Source of the DNA: Takakia lepidozioides
Lineage: Eukaryota; Plantae; Bryophyta
Assembly: GCA_030704615.1 (NCBI GenBank)
Contig: CM060732.1
Location: forward strand, 33,976,001-34,040,000
Length of the DNA: 64,000 bases
Direction: 5' to 3'
Below, in pieces: positions 49,701-60,356 of this stretch. The first letter of the stretch is position 1, and every line of letters starts with the position of its first letter. Under the pieces are notes generated by a model. That model was given only the letters and a program-made list of their open reading frames with translations. It had not been told where the DNA came from and did no database searches. The translations under genes and the position numbers were made by a program.

Positions 49701-52700
49701 AATATGACTGACATACAGGAGAACTTGAGAAGGTTGATAATTCTCTAGATTGAGTTAAATTTTTGTTCTGACCATTGGAGACATAATTGCACTTTATGCA
49801 ATGACATCATTTCAGAGTTATGCATGTTACTTGGTCTGACATCATTTCTTGACTTGGTGTCATCTCTTAGTGCTGTTGTGTTGTTGTCACCTGATCCGTT
49901 CTTTAACCTTCAATCACTCTTGGTAGATTAAGTAAAGAGGCTAATCAGATACTGCCTTACAATCCATGACATCACATCTTATGAAACAAGTCATGATTCA
50001 ACTTCTCTCATAACTCATTCAGGAAGAGCAAGCACATGGCCGCATGAAGAGACTATTGGAGACCACGTCCAAGAACACAGAGGAGCTCTCCCAAGTTCAG
50101 GCTGAACTCAGTCACATGCAGGACAGGCATCGCAAATCCAGGTGTACAAATTGACATTGCTTTTCCTGGGTGTTGGGGGGGGGAAAAGGAGTGCTGTCTA
50201 GAGGAAAGTTGAGTTTGGAGGTTGCTATCAGAGGCAATCAAAGAGATACACATGAAGATTGACCAGAAACTCCCAAGTTTGTAGTGTTCCAGTACGGTTG
50301 GATTTTGGATCAATATTATTCCTCATACTTCCTTCAACTGTCGTGGGAATCACACAACACTCAGGACTCGGTATGAGAGCTTAAAGGCAAAGGTGGAGGA
50401 GCTAGAGAACCAGCTGCGGGAACTCAAGGCAGACAAGCGCGAGAGTGAACGAGATTCAAAGGTCACAGAGGCTGTGGCAAACCTGAAGCGATTGTTTCCA
50501 GGTGTTCATGGTCGAATGACAGATCTGTGTAGACCCACACAGAAGAAGTACAATTTGGCCGTCACTGTTGCAATGGGCCGCTTCATGGACGCTGTCGTCG
50601 TTGAGGATGACATCACTGGAAAAGAATGTATAAAGGTGAGACATCAGGTCTCAAGTTGGAGTTCTCTTTCATCTAGGTCTGTGAGATGAAACACGAATGG
50701 ACTGAGGATGATGAGGGCGAATTTGGTTACTCGTGCTTCTTTACGCTGAGTGGTAGGAATGTGTCAAAAGAGTCAACTGTGAAACTTGGGGTGGAATGAG
50801 TGCATTGTGGAGAATGCAGTAAAAAACCTTGTAGTTGTCTCTGGAGGAATGCTGTGACATCAAGTGGAGTCACATGTGCACTTTTTCTCATGCTTGCATA
50901 CTGGTGGGTCTGCAGTATCTCAAGGAGCAGCGCCTGCCTCCACAGACATTTATTCCTTTGCAATCAGCTCGTGTGAAACCCATTCAGGAGAAGCTGCGAA
51001 CACTGGGTGGCACAGCCAAGCTGATATATGATGTGATACAATATCTTTCCACCAAATTGTACTGTGGATATATTTGTTTCTCTTAGCTGCATTTGTTTCA
51101 TGATGAGGTGGAAGGGAGTTGGTGTACTTGTTCTCAGCTGCAATTTAGGGTGTATTTTTTGGGGTTTGCCTTGTTGGTAATATCAGGATGTACACCACAT
51201 GGTGTGTTGGCATGCCTTGTGTGTCTTAAGTCATATTATCTATGTCACATCTGTAGCTTTTGACAACAATATATACATGAGTTGAAATGTTCATTCTTTG
51301 ACTCTCACACTTTTGACCCAGCGTTAGAGAGAGCATTGCTCTACGCTGTGGGCAACACTCTGGTATGTGACCGCCTAGATGAGGCAAAGACACTTGCCTG
51401 GGGGAGCGACCGCTACAAAGGTATAGAATTGACGAGGTTTAAATAAATGCAGTTGCTGGTTGTCTGCTGCTTTGGACTTGGTGTGTGAAGGAGGAGGTGA
51501 TGGTGTTGACGAGGTCTCAGGAGTACTTGCCATCAAAGTGTTAGAGTTTGCACTCACAGTCATGAACTGTCTTGATAGTTATCGAGATGTGGGAATGCAA
51601 CAGTTGTGACGCTTGATGGAGTGCTTTTAGCAAAATCTGGGACGATGACTGGAGGTGTAAGTGGGGGCATAGAAACAAGGTCCCAGAAATGGGATAACCG
51701 AGCAGTTGAAGGTAAGTTGCAGGATTTCCATTGGATGTAGTTGCATCATATTGTGGTGATCAGAGGACTGGGAATAGGGGTGATTGATGCCAGGGTTCAG
51801 GGTACCGTGAAGATGATATCAGGAATTATTGAAAGATTTGGACGCAGGAGAGAATACCTGCTGACACATGGTTGTATGGTTGTACAGCTCTCAAGAGTAG
51901 CAAAGAACGTTTTGAGGCAGAAATGGTGGAGCTAGGATCAGCCCGCGAGATGCAAAGTCAGGAAGCTGAAGCAACAGGGAGGATCAGTGGGCTCGATAGA
52001 AAGATTTCATATGCAGTGATGGAGAAGGTACAAGACACCCATTCTGCTAGTTTCAATATTTTCAGAACATGAGCAACATGTAATGCGTCCCTGAGAGGAA
52101 TCCTTCTATTGTTTGCTGCAGAAAACCATTGAGGATAAGATTTCCAAGCTTGCACGGGAGCGGCTAACGATCAGTGCATCAATCAATGGTCAGGCGCCTG
52201 AGGTTGAAAAGGTACACCTGACCCGACCAACCCCAACTGTCCCACGTTGTCTCTTTCTTTGACCTCAATGTCAAAAAGGCTTGTGACACAGTGTGGAGAG
52301 ATGGCCTATGGTTCCGCCTCTGGTCTTGTGGGATCAAGATGTGGAGAGTTGTCCACAACTTGTATGCTCACACCAAAAGCTGTGTCACTGTTAACGGACA
52401 GAAGTCCAACTTCTAGACCAAGGTGTAGCTCAAGGTTGTACTCTCTCCCCTCTGCTCTTCAATGTTTTCATCAATCAACTCCTCGAGGATGTGGAAAGTG
52501 AGGGATTTGGGTTAAGGGTGGGTGATACCACCATACCAGCCCTTATGTTTGCGGATGACTTCGCAGGCATAGGGGAGACTCCAACCAATCTCCAGGAGTT
52601 GATTGATTGCGCGAAGAGATACTTTGATCTTTGGGGGCTAGAGGCTAATGTCAGCAAATGTGCAGTGGTAGCATTCAACGACAGAGGAGAGGGAGGAAGT

Positions 52701-55700
52701 GATCTTAAGTGGCAGTGGGGTAGCCAAGAGATCCCGGTCCTCCCTTCCTACACTTACCTGGGCGTTGAGTCCTCCTCCAATTGTAATTGGGATGCACATA
52801 TCCGGAAAGTTGTTCGAACTGGCAAGGGCAAAGCTCTGGGGCTCACTAAATTTTTCCACTGCAGAGGGGTCAACTCTGAGGTTAAGAAAACCATGCTTTG
52901 TCGCGTTATTAGACCTGCCTTGGAGTACGGATCTGCTATATGGGTTGATAACTCTAACCAGGCTAAGTCTCTAGAATCCATTCAAGTGGGGGTGCTTAAG
53001 GAGTGTATGTCAGCATGCTCCAAAACAGCCAATGTGGCTGTTCAGGGTGAGTTTGGCATTCTGTCCTTAAGCTCCCGACGAGATGAATTCAAGGTCAGAT
53101 GGTGGGGTCAGCTGCAACATATGCCCAACACCAGATATCCTAAGTTAATCGACTCTATATCTTGGAAACAGGACCGCCCTGTCAAACAGGCTAAGTCCTG
53201 GCAGAAGAGAGTAGAAGAGATTCTCAAGGACCTGGACCTGGATCCGCAAGTCTTGACCCTGCTGGATAAATCTGACTTAGAGGCTGTAGTGTCCTCAGCC
53301 ATGTCTGTTGCCATGAGATTGTCTGATGAAAATGAAGTTAGGCAGAAAACTTCCCTGAACTTGTTTCCAGTCTGTGACATGGGGGAGGACATCTTGGATG
53401 ACCTCAAGGGTCTACCCACTCTCGGCACTAGACTGAAATTTAAACTCGGGGCAGGAAGCCTACCTTTGAACAGCAAACAGAAGCAGAGAGGAAAGGGAGA
53501 GTGCAATTGCCCGTTGTGTGGGCAATCTGAAGACAGTATTCATTTTCTGATACACTGTCCGGGGTTCTCTCACCAAAGAGACGCTCTCCTCAAATCTATT
53601 AAGGGAATTGTGCCTGTACCCCTGTTTACCAACTTTGAAAGTCTCGAGGCTGAGCCAAAAGCCCAGGCCCTCCTGAGGCCTAGTTTTTGGGCAAATCACA
53701 CACAGCAGATTGATGCTTGTGTGAAGGGATTTCTAGAGGATATCTGGAAAACCCGGATTAATTCTTTATATGGAGGTAAGTCTTACTACCAACGTCAGCC
53801 CCTGACAGAGGTAGGTTCTGTCCCTTTTGTTCCCGCTCAAACTGGGCGCGGGGTCAATGGCCACAAGGCTACGGCAAACAACGTCTATGAGTACAATCTT
53901 TCTTTGACCTCAATGCTGCCTTCTACTCAAGGGACTCTGACTGACTCTGGCTTTTGGATGGGATTATTACTGGTTTTTGTGCAGCGGAAAAAGGATATAG
54001 AACAGAGAAAGAAGACCATTACAAAGCTCGAAAAACGAATCAACGAAATAGTTGACCGCATCTACAAAGACTTCAGTGAATCAGTGGGGGTTGCCAACAT
54101 TCGGGAGTATGAAGAAAACCAATTGCGTGCTGCCCAAGAGCTGGCGGAGCAAAGAATGAGCCTCAGCAGCCAGATATCCAAGCTCAAGAATCAGTATGCC
54201 CATCAAACCTTCTTGTCTTAATACTTTGTATGTAAGGAATGTGTAGAAAATCGCGTTTGAAGTAGCTGATAGACTTAATGAAATTTCTGTGCAGGCTGGA
54301 GTATGAGCAGAGAAAGGATACTGAAGGGCCCATAAGGAAACTCCAAGAGATGCTTGCAAATCTAAAGGAGGATCTGGTGCGAGTGGAAAGCAGAGATACA
54401 GAGGCTAAGGCTGACATGGATGCCAATGCCAAGCAGCTTGAAGCAATGAAACAGGAAGGTCAGGAGCTCAATGCCAAAGCTGATGCCATTGAAGAAGCAA
54501 TTCAGGACTTGAAGAAACAAGGAAGCACTGACACTGCCAATCTTGGCAAGGTCAAACGGCAGATGACTGCCAAGGTAGGCTTGGTGGTTTTGTTTCTTTT
54601 CATTCTGATCCCCTAAATTTATTGATTGCATAGGAATTGCTCTCAGGACTCTCCGGGAATACTATGTCAATTCCAGGAGAATCTTCTACCTGCTGTGACG
54701 TCTTGACTTTCAAATATAACACGAGGCAGAAGTGCTTGGTATAGATAATTTCTCTCTCAAAGGCATGGCTATGTGGGTGTTATTGTGCTGAAATTTGTGG
54801 CACCAGGAAACACATATTGAACAACTACACTGCAGAAAACAAGAAATTATGGAGAATTGTGAGTTGGATCAAATCAAGCTTCCTGTCACAGACGCCATGG
54901 ATGTCAATTCTGCTGGTTCATCCCAGCAAAATTTGTCTTTTGACTACTCCAAGCTTAGTAGAGTTCACCAACAGGTTGGCCTCTATCTTCATTGCTTCTC
55001 TCTCTTCATTGTTCTCAGGGGATATTGACATGATTTGCTGCGTGTGATGTTCTTTTCTTCTCCTTGCTTGCCTCCTAAGGGGGTGAAAGACTGAACTTGG
55101 CTTTCTTGTTCTTTCCGGAGTCTTCAATTGAACTTTTGGTTTGGCTACCCATGATTGGACAGAAGTTCTAATTGGATGGTCCCTTGGTCTTAGGAATTGA
55201 GACCAGCGGAGAAAGAGAAGCTGGAACTGGAGTTCAAGGGGAAAATGGAGTCCATATCTCTGGAGATTGAGCGCACAGCCCCTAACCTCAAGGCTCTTGA
55301 TCAATATGAGAGCCTGCGAGCGAAAGAGAGGGAGTCGATTGAGGAGTTTGATGCAGCAAGGAGAGAAGCAAAGGAAATTTCTGATAAATATAATGCTGTC
55401 AAACAGCAGAGGTGAGATAAATTTCTTGTTAGGTCTTTTGCTCGTGCCAGGAAATATGTGAGCAATTTTTGTTAAGTTCCTTTACTGTGCCTCTTGCAGA
55501 TACGAGAGATTCATGGACGCTTTCAACCACATTTCGACAAATATCAATAAAATATATAAGCAGCTCACCCAGAGTACTACTCATCCTCTGGGAGGCACGG
55601 CATACCTCAGCTTGGAGAACGAAGATGAACCTTTTTTGTATGGCATCAAGTATACTGCCATGCCCCCTACTAAGCGCTTTCGAGATATGGAGCAGCTGTC

Positions 55701-56492
55701 TGGTGGAGAGAAGACTGTAGCGGCTCTGGCCCTCCTCTTTGCAATCCACAGGTAGTATACGTATTCTAAATTCTATCTAGGAGTTGGATTGCTTGGAACA
55801 TGTAGTCTGAGGTTTCACTGCATTTACTTTGTTACAGCTTCGAGTCTTGAAGGATTTATGCATGAAGACATGGGCTGCGAAAATTGGTTGTCTGTCCACG
55901 CTACCAATTACGGTCACATTTTTCATTCAACATAACCCCTGGTCAATGACGTCCAACTTGAGACCTTTATTTGGAGACGGCAACTGTTGATAACCCATTA
56001 CATGCTTTCTGTTGTGCTGGGGGGTCTCTGCAGCTTCCGCCCATCTCCCTTCTTCGTCCTTGATGAGGTTGATGCTGCTTTGGACAACTTAAACGTGGCC
56101 AAAGTTGCAGCCTACATCCGCTCAAAATCTCGTGATGATGCCAAGGGCCAGGACAGTAGAGGAAATGGTATGGGCTTCCAAAGTATTGTAATATCTCTCA
56201 AGGACACTTTCTATGACAAGGCAGACGCCTTGGTTGGGGTCTACAGGGACCAAAGGTACTGTACCTCGCTACGTCATCAATCCTTTCTTGCTAGGTTTGC
56301 TCTGTAGCAGAGGTAGAAGTTTTAATTTTGTCAACATGTTTGTGAAGCTTGTAATGCACCTTATATGGCTTAAGCAGAGTGTTACCCTATAAGAGCAGGC
56401 ACTTCTGATTGGTTTGTAACAGTTGTCCTTGTTTATTGTGGTGCAGCTGCTCAAGGACTCTAACTTTTGATCTCAGTAAGTACAGTGGCTGA
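46773..56492 (+). CDS. SMC1: Structural maintenance of chromosomes protein 1 (cohesin), 19 exons
   Basis: Exons 46773-47210, 47373-47609, 47833-48066, 48475-48716, 49005-49152, 50023-50141, 50365-50635, 50916-51040, 51311-51420, 51604-51711, 51888-52027, 52122-52211, 53985-54193, 54295-54574, 54807-54974, 55194-55411, 55500-55751, 56034-56255, 56447-56492. Motifs: [24 protein letters not shown], hinge [10 protein letters not shown] and [30 protein letters not shown]. Confidence 0.97.
51041..51310 (+). other. U12-type AT-AC intron in SMC1
   Basis: 5' ATATCTTT; branch-like TTCTTTGAC at 51294-51302; ends in AC 8 nt later. Splicing gives DVIH-FDPALE in frame; no GT-AG alternative fits. Confidence 0.88.
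52271..53896 (+). mobile_element. Young 5'-truncated LINE (copy B), sense in SMC1 intron 12
   Basis: Nearly identical to 7240-8879; perfect 19-bp TSD tctttctttgacctcaatg at 52252-52270 and 53897-53915. Confidence 0.96.
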
Positions 56493-56632
56493 GTGCTGAG
56501 CACAAAGCCGTCATACGGCGATTGTGAAGCCAGCGATTGTACAGACAACAAACACCCAAAACAGACTACATTGTACATTGTACAGCAAAAAAGGCCAACT
56601 GAAAGGCCTGGAGACACTCTGCCTGCAATAGA

Positions 56633-57057
56633 ATGTACTCATAAGACGCTTTTTGCCGTAGCCCCTTTTGAGCGGAACACAAAGGGACAGAAACTACCTT
56701 TATCAGGGGCTAACGCCAGTAGTATGACTTACCTTTAGACATACAATTGACCCGAGTTTTCCAGATACCTCAAGAAGTCCCGTCACATCAATCGGCTGTG
56801 CGTGATTTGCCCAATAACTAGACCCCCAAAAGGGCCTGGGCTTTTGGCTCGGCCTCGAGATCTTTAAAGTTAGTAAACAGAGGTACAGGAACAGTTCCCT
56901 TGATGGATTTGAAGAGGGCGTCTCTCTGGTGAGAGGACTCAGGAGAATGAATCAGAAAGAGGCTTCAGGCCCGGAGTTTAAATTTCAGTCTACGCCAAGA
57001 GTGGGTAAACCCTTGACGGCATCCATGATGGCTCATGTCACAGACTGGAAACAAGTC
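56633..57057 (-). mobile_element. Diverged 3' LINE fragment (copy D), 140 nt downstream of the SMC1 stop
   Basis: Intact terminus cttatgagtaca; internal deletions; TSD ctgcctg(c)aataga at 56619-56632 and 57058-57070. Confidence 0.9.
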
Positions 57058-57579
57058 CTGCCTGAATAGAGAGAGTACACTGCATGGCTATTGTATTTGT
57101 CCCTGGAAGAGGATCTGAATAAAGATCAGGATAAGAGATATTTACATGGTGTTAGGATAGGGTTTCACCTTCTGTCTTTTCAGACAATGCTCATTCTTGG
57201 CAGAGACATACAGGTATAGAGACCAGAAATGTCTCTATAATGAATCGTTCCGATTGTTACCAATACCAGCTGAGAGAGGATGAGAACCGGTTGGATGCCT
57301 TAATTGCACATTATCCGATACTTCTCATTCAGCAGAGGAGGGTATGTTAGGGCTTGAGGTTGTTGGAGATTGTGAGAAAGAGATGAAATAGGTTCCCGTT
57401 ATTTCTTGTGGGGTAGGGGACTGCTATCTTTGATGTTTTCCCTGCGGGCTGTTTAACTCCCTCATAACTCCCTTGGCAATGAATACCGGGGCCTGATCAC
57501 CATGGCAGCCAGGGCCTGTCAGAGCAATGACACAGTTGATATCCTCCAATATTTGTTTTTTTGAAGCATGTTGTTTGCT

Positions 57580-59964
57580 TCACCAGTAATCCCCGCAAGA
57601 ACAAACCCCATCTTGGAAGTGGTGAAAGCGATTGGCATCTCTTACAACAAGTGTTCGCCCCACAATCTTTGAGATGAACTGGGTGGCAGTGTGGCAGTCA
57701 CCACACACCCGAAGGTTTTTGATGATGCGAATAGGTGTCCCAGGGGGGGTGCTGATCAGCCCAAAAGTAATGGCCAGCTTCTCACTATGGTGGCAAAGAG
57801 AGAGTTCCTTTTGCTCCTCCTCCTCATCATGCAGTACAAAACGAGTGTCAGGCAGGTACCCAGCCTCCTTCATCTGCCCAGATAACCTCTTCAGCTCTGT
57901 ATGGATTTCCTCAATTTGCGGATGCAATTTGTCTCCTGCAGCAAATTCATGCACCTGGTTGTTCAACTCAATGCAACTGCACCCTGGCTCCTTACTGACA
58001 CCTCTGCCCTGCATCATTTTTCTCACCTTTGCAGCATCATTCCACCTTCCAGCTGCAGCATAGATGTTCGACAGCAGCACATATGTTGCTGCATCCTGTG
58101 GATCCCACTTAAGAAGCCATTCTGCCGCGCGTTCTGCTACCTCCACATCCCCATGAATTCTGCAAGCACCAAGCAAGGGCCCCCACACACAAGCATCAGG
58201 TACGATTGGCATTCTATCAATAAAGTTCTCTGCTTCATCCAGTCGCCCTGCCCGGCCAACAAGGTCCACCATGCAGCCAAAATGCGCAGCTGTAGGACTA
58301 AGGCCATGATCCCCACTCATGGAATAAAAGTAGTGACAGCCTTCCTCCACTAGCCCCATACTGCTGCATGCAGAGAGAAGACATACAAAGGTGATACCAT
58401 CTGGCTTGGAGCCTTCCTGTTGCATTTGTTCAAAAAGTTGCAGGGCCTCGCTACCACAACCATGCTGAGCATACCCTGCGATCATTGCATTCCACGAAAC
58501 CACATCTCGTTCAGCCATTTTGTCAAACACTTGCCGCATCTCCCTCACGTTCCCACATTTGCCATACATGTCAAGCAGGCTGGTCTCCAGCATGATATCT
58601 GAAGGAATTCCCGATCTGATTATGTCTGCGTGGACCTTCTTGCCCTTCTCCAGGGTTGCCAAGCTTGCGCACACATTGAGAATGCAAGTGAGCGTCACCT
58701 TGTCAGGTGTCGCCCCTTCTTCTCCTAACATTTGCTCATAGATCTCGAAAGCCTCCCTAGCACGCCCATGCTGAGCATATCCTGCGATCATCACGTTCCA
58801 CGAGACAACATCACGGTGAGCCATATTGTCGAACACTCGACGTGAATCCGTTATGCCCCCGCATTTGGCATACATATCAACGAGGGCAGTCTCCAGAATG
58901 ATATCTGGCTCAATTGCAGCTTTGATGATGTCTGCATGTACCTCTTGGCCCTTGTCCAGAGCTGCCAGGCTCGCACATGCATTGAGAATGCAAATGAACG
59001 TGACCTTGTCGGGCGTCACTCTCTCTAGTGTCATTTGCTCGTAAATCTCGAAAGCCTCCCTACTGCACCCGTGCTGAGCATATCCTGCGATTATGGCGTT
59101 CCATGAGACCACATCTCGTCGGGCCATAGTGTCGAACACTCGACGCGCATCCTCTATAGCCCCGCATTTGGCATACATTGCAGCAAGCGCAGTCTCCAGA
59201 AACATGTGTGCGGCAATTCCCGCATTCACCATGTCAGCATGGACCTCTTTGCCCTTTCCAAGAGCACCTAGGCTAGCACACGCATTGAGAACGCATATGA
59301 AAGTCACTCTGTCGGGCTTCACCCCTTCCTTTTGCATGTGCTGATACATCTCCAAAGCTTCCCTACCACACCCGTGCTTGGCATGGCCTGCTATCATCAT
59401 GTTCCAGGTGAACATGTCTCGTTCAGGCATTTTGTCAAACACTTGGCGTGCATCCGCCACGCTCCCGCACTTTGCATACATGTTGACAAGGGCGTTGAGT
59501 AGAAAGAGGTTTGGCTTGAACCCACTTTGTACAATGTGGGCGTGCACCTGCTTCCCCTCTGCCAGACCTTTCATCCTGATGCACTCCTGCAAAAGACTGA
59601 AATAAGTATCGTAGTCCACCCAAGTGCCTCCTTGCTTCAAAACTTGAAGCGCCTCTTTCAGTTGCCTTGCCCTACACAGTGTCCTCACATTTCCACAAGT
59701 GTCAGAAGAATTCTTATTGCCTCCCTCTCTTGGTCCTCTTAGGAAAGCAGAGGTCGTGGTGGAGATGCCCGTTTCAAACAAATGTGCCTCATTCGAACCT
59801 GCCATCCTACAGGACTCCAAAGTTGTAGTTACAAGCCTTGATAAAATGGTATGCCTCAAAGCTCCCACATACTTCCAACATGCCTCAAAGATGGATCTCT
59901 TCATGAGGATAGCCTCCTTGCTACAACCATGTTTCCCATAATTCACAGAGCTAAAGTCCCACAT
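57580..59964 (-). CDS. PLS-class PPR protein with E1/E2 and DYW (PG-type) deaminase domain; C-to-U organellar RNA editing factor
   Basis: 794-aa uninterrupted ORF; 14 L/S/P motifs ending P2-L2-S2; PGCS box, HSEKLA, KNLRVCGDCH, CSCGDYW. True start uncertain (acceptor-like ttgtag lies just before the first ATG). Confidence 0.96.
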   Translation of the reverse strand: MWDFSSVNYGKHGCSKEAILMKRSIFEACWKYVGALRHTILSRLVTTTLESCRMAGSNEAHLFETGISTTTSAFLRGPREGGNKNSSDTCGNVRTLCRARQLKEALQVLKQGGTWVDYDTYFSLLQECIRMKGLAEGKQVHAHIVQSGFKPNLFLLNALVNMYAKCGSVADARQVFDKMPERDMFTWNMMIAGHAKHGCGREALEMYQHMQKEGVKPDRVTFICVLNACASLGALGKGKEVHADMVNAGIAAHMFLETALAAMYAKCGAIEDARRVFDTMARRDVVSWNAIIAGYAQHGCSREAFEIYEQMTLERVTPDKVTFICILNACASLAALDKGQEVHADIIKAAIEPDIILETALVDMYAKCGGITDSRRVFDNMAHRDVVSWNVMIAGYAQHGRAREAFEIYEQMLGEEGATPDKVTLTCILNVCASLATLEKGKKVHADIIRSGIPSDIMLETSLLDMYGKCGNVREMRQVFDKMAERDVVSWNAMIAGYAQHGCGSEALQLFEQMQQEGSKPDGITFVCLLSACSSMGLVEEGCHYFYSMSGDHGLSPTAAHFGCMVDLVGRAGRLDEAENFIDRMPIVPDACVWGPLLGACRIHGDVEVAERAAEWLLKWDPQDAATYVLLSNIYAAAGRWNDAAKVRKMMQGRGVSKEPGCSCIELNNQVHEFAAGDKLHPQIEEIHTELKRLSGQMKEAGYLPDTRFVLHDEEEEQKELSLCHHSEKLAITFGLISTPPGTPIRIIKNLRVCGDCHTATQFISKIVGRTLVVRDANRFHHFQDGVCSCGDYW

Positions 59965-60356
59965 ACCTACAAGACACTATAAACATTCCTACGCTAAACC
60001 CGTAACACATCTGAGGCCTACATTCCAAACAAATCCTAAACCCTAAGCAAATCATGTTTATTGTTTTGTTTTCTGCTAATGTGGCTGTATCCGATCCTGA
60101 GAGCCAGTGAGATCACTTCAATATGTCCATCTGCCAATGTATTCAATGGCAGGTTAAAGGGAAGGGAAGGGAAGGCCCACAGACAAAAGAGTAGGGCTTT
60201 AAGGGGGTAGAGTGGGGGAGGTGAGGAGCGAAGGAGAGAGAGAGAGAGAGAGAGAGATGGTTGTGGTGAAGAGGAGGAGCAGCGAGGTTGAGTGGTGTTG
60301 AGGGGTTGGATGGCACAGCGCCCAGTTGGGTTGTTCTGAAGGGTAGGGCAGCTCCC
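59965..60356. promoter_or_regulatory. Probable bidirectional promoter / 5' UTR region
   Basis: 392 bp between divergent ATGs; telo-box AAACCCTAA 60038-60046, site-II-like GGCCCA 60174-60179, (GA)n ~60234-60257. Confidence 0.6.

Noticed and set aside
57580-57990. U-to-C (DYW:KP) editing factor
   Set aside because: Has the PG box, HSE and terminal DYW of the C-to-U type.
57632-59941. Plus-strand ORFs over the PPR gene, and similar antisense ORFs over the LINEs and 15294-15839
   Set aside because: Antisense shadows of real coding frames with no independent motifs.
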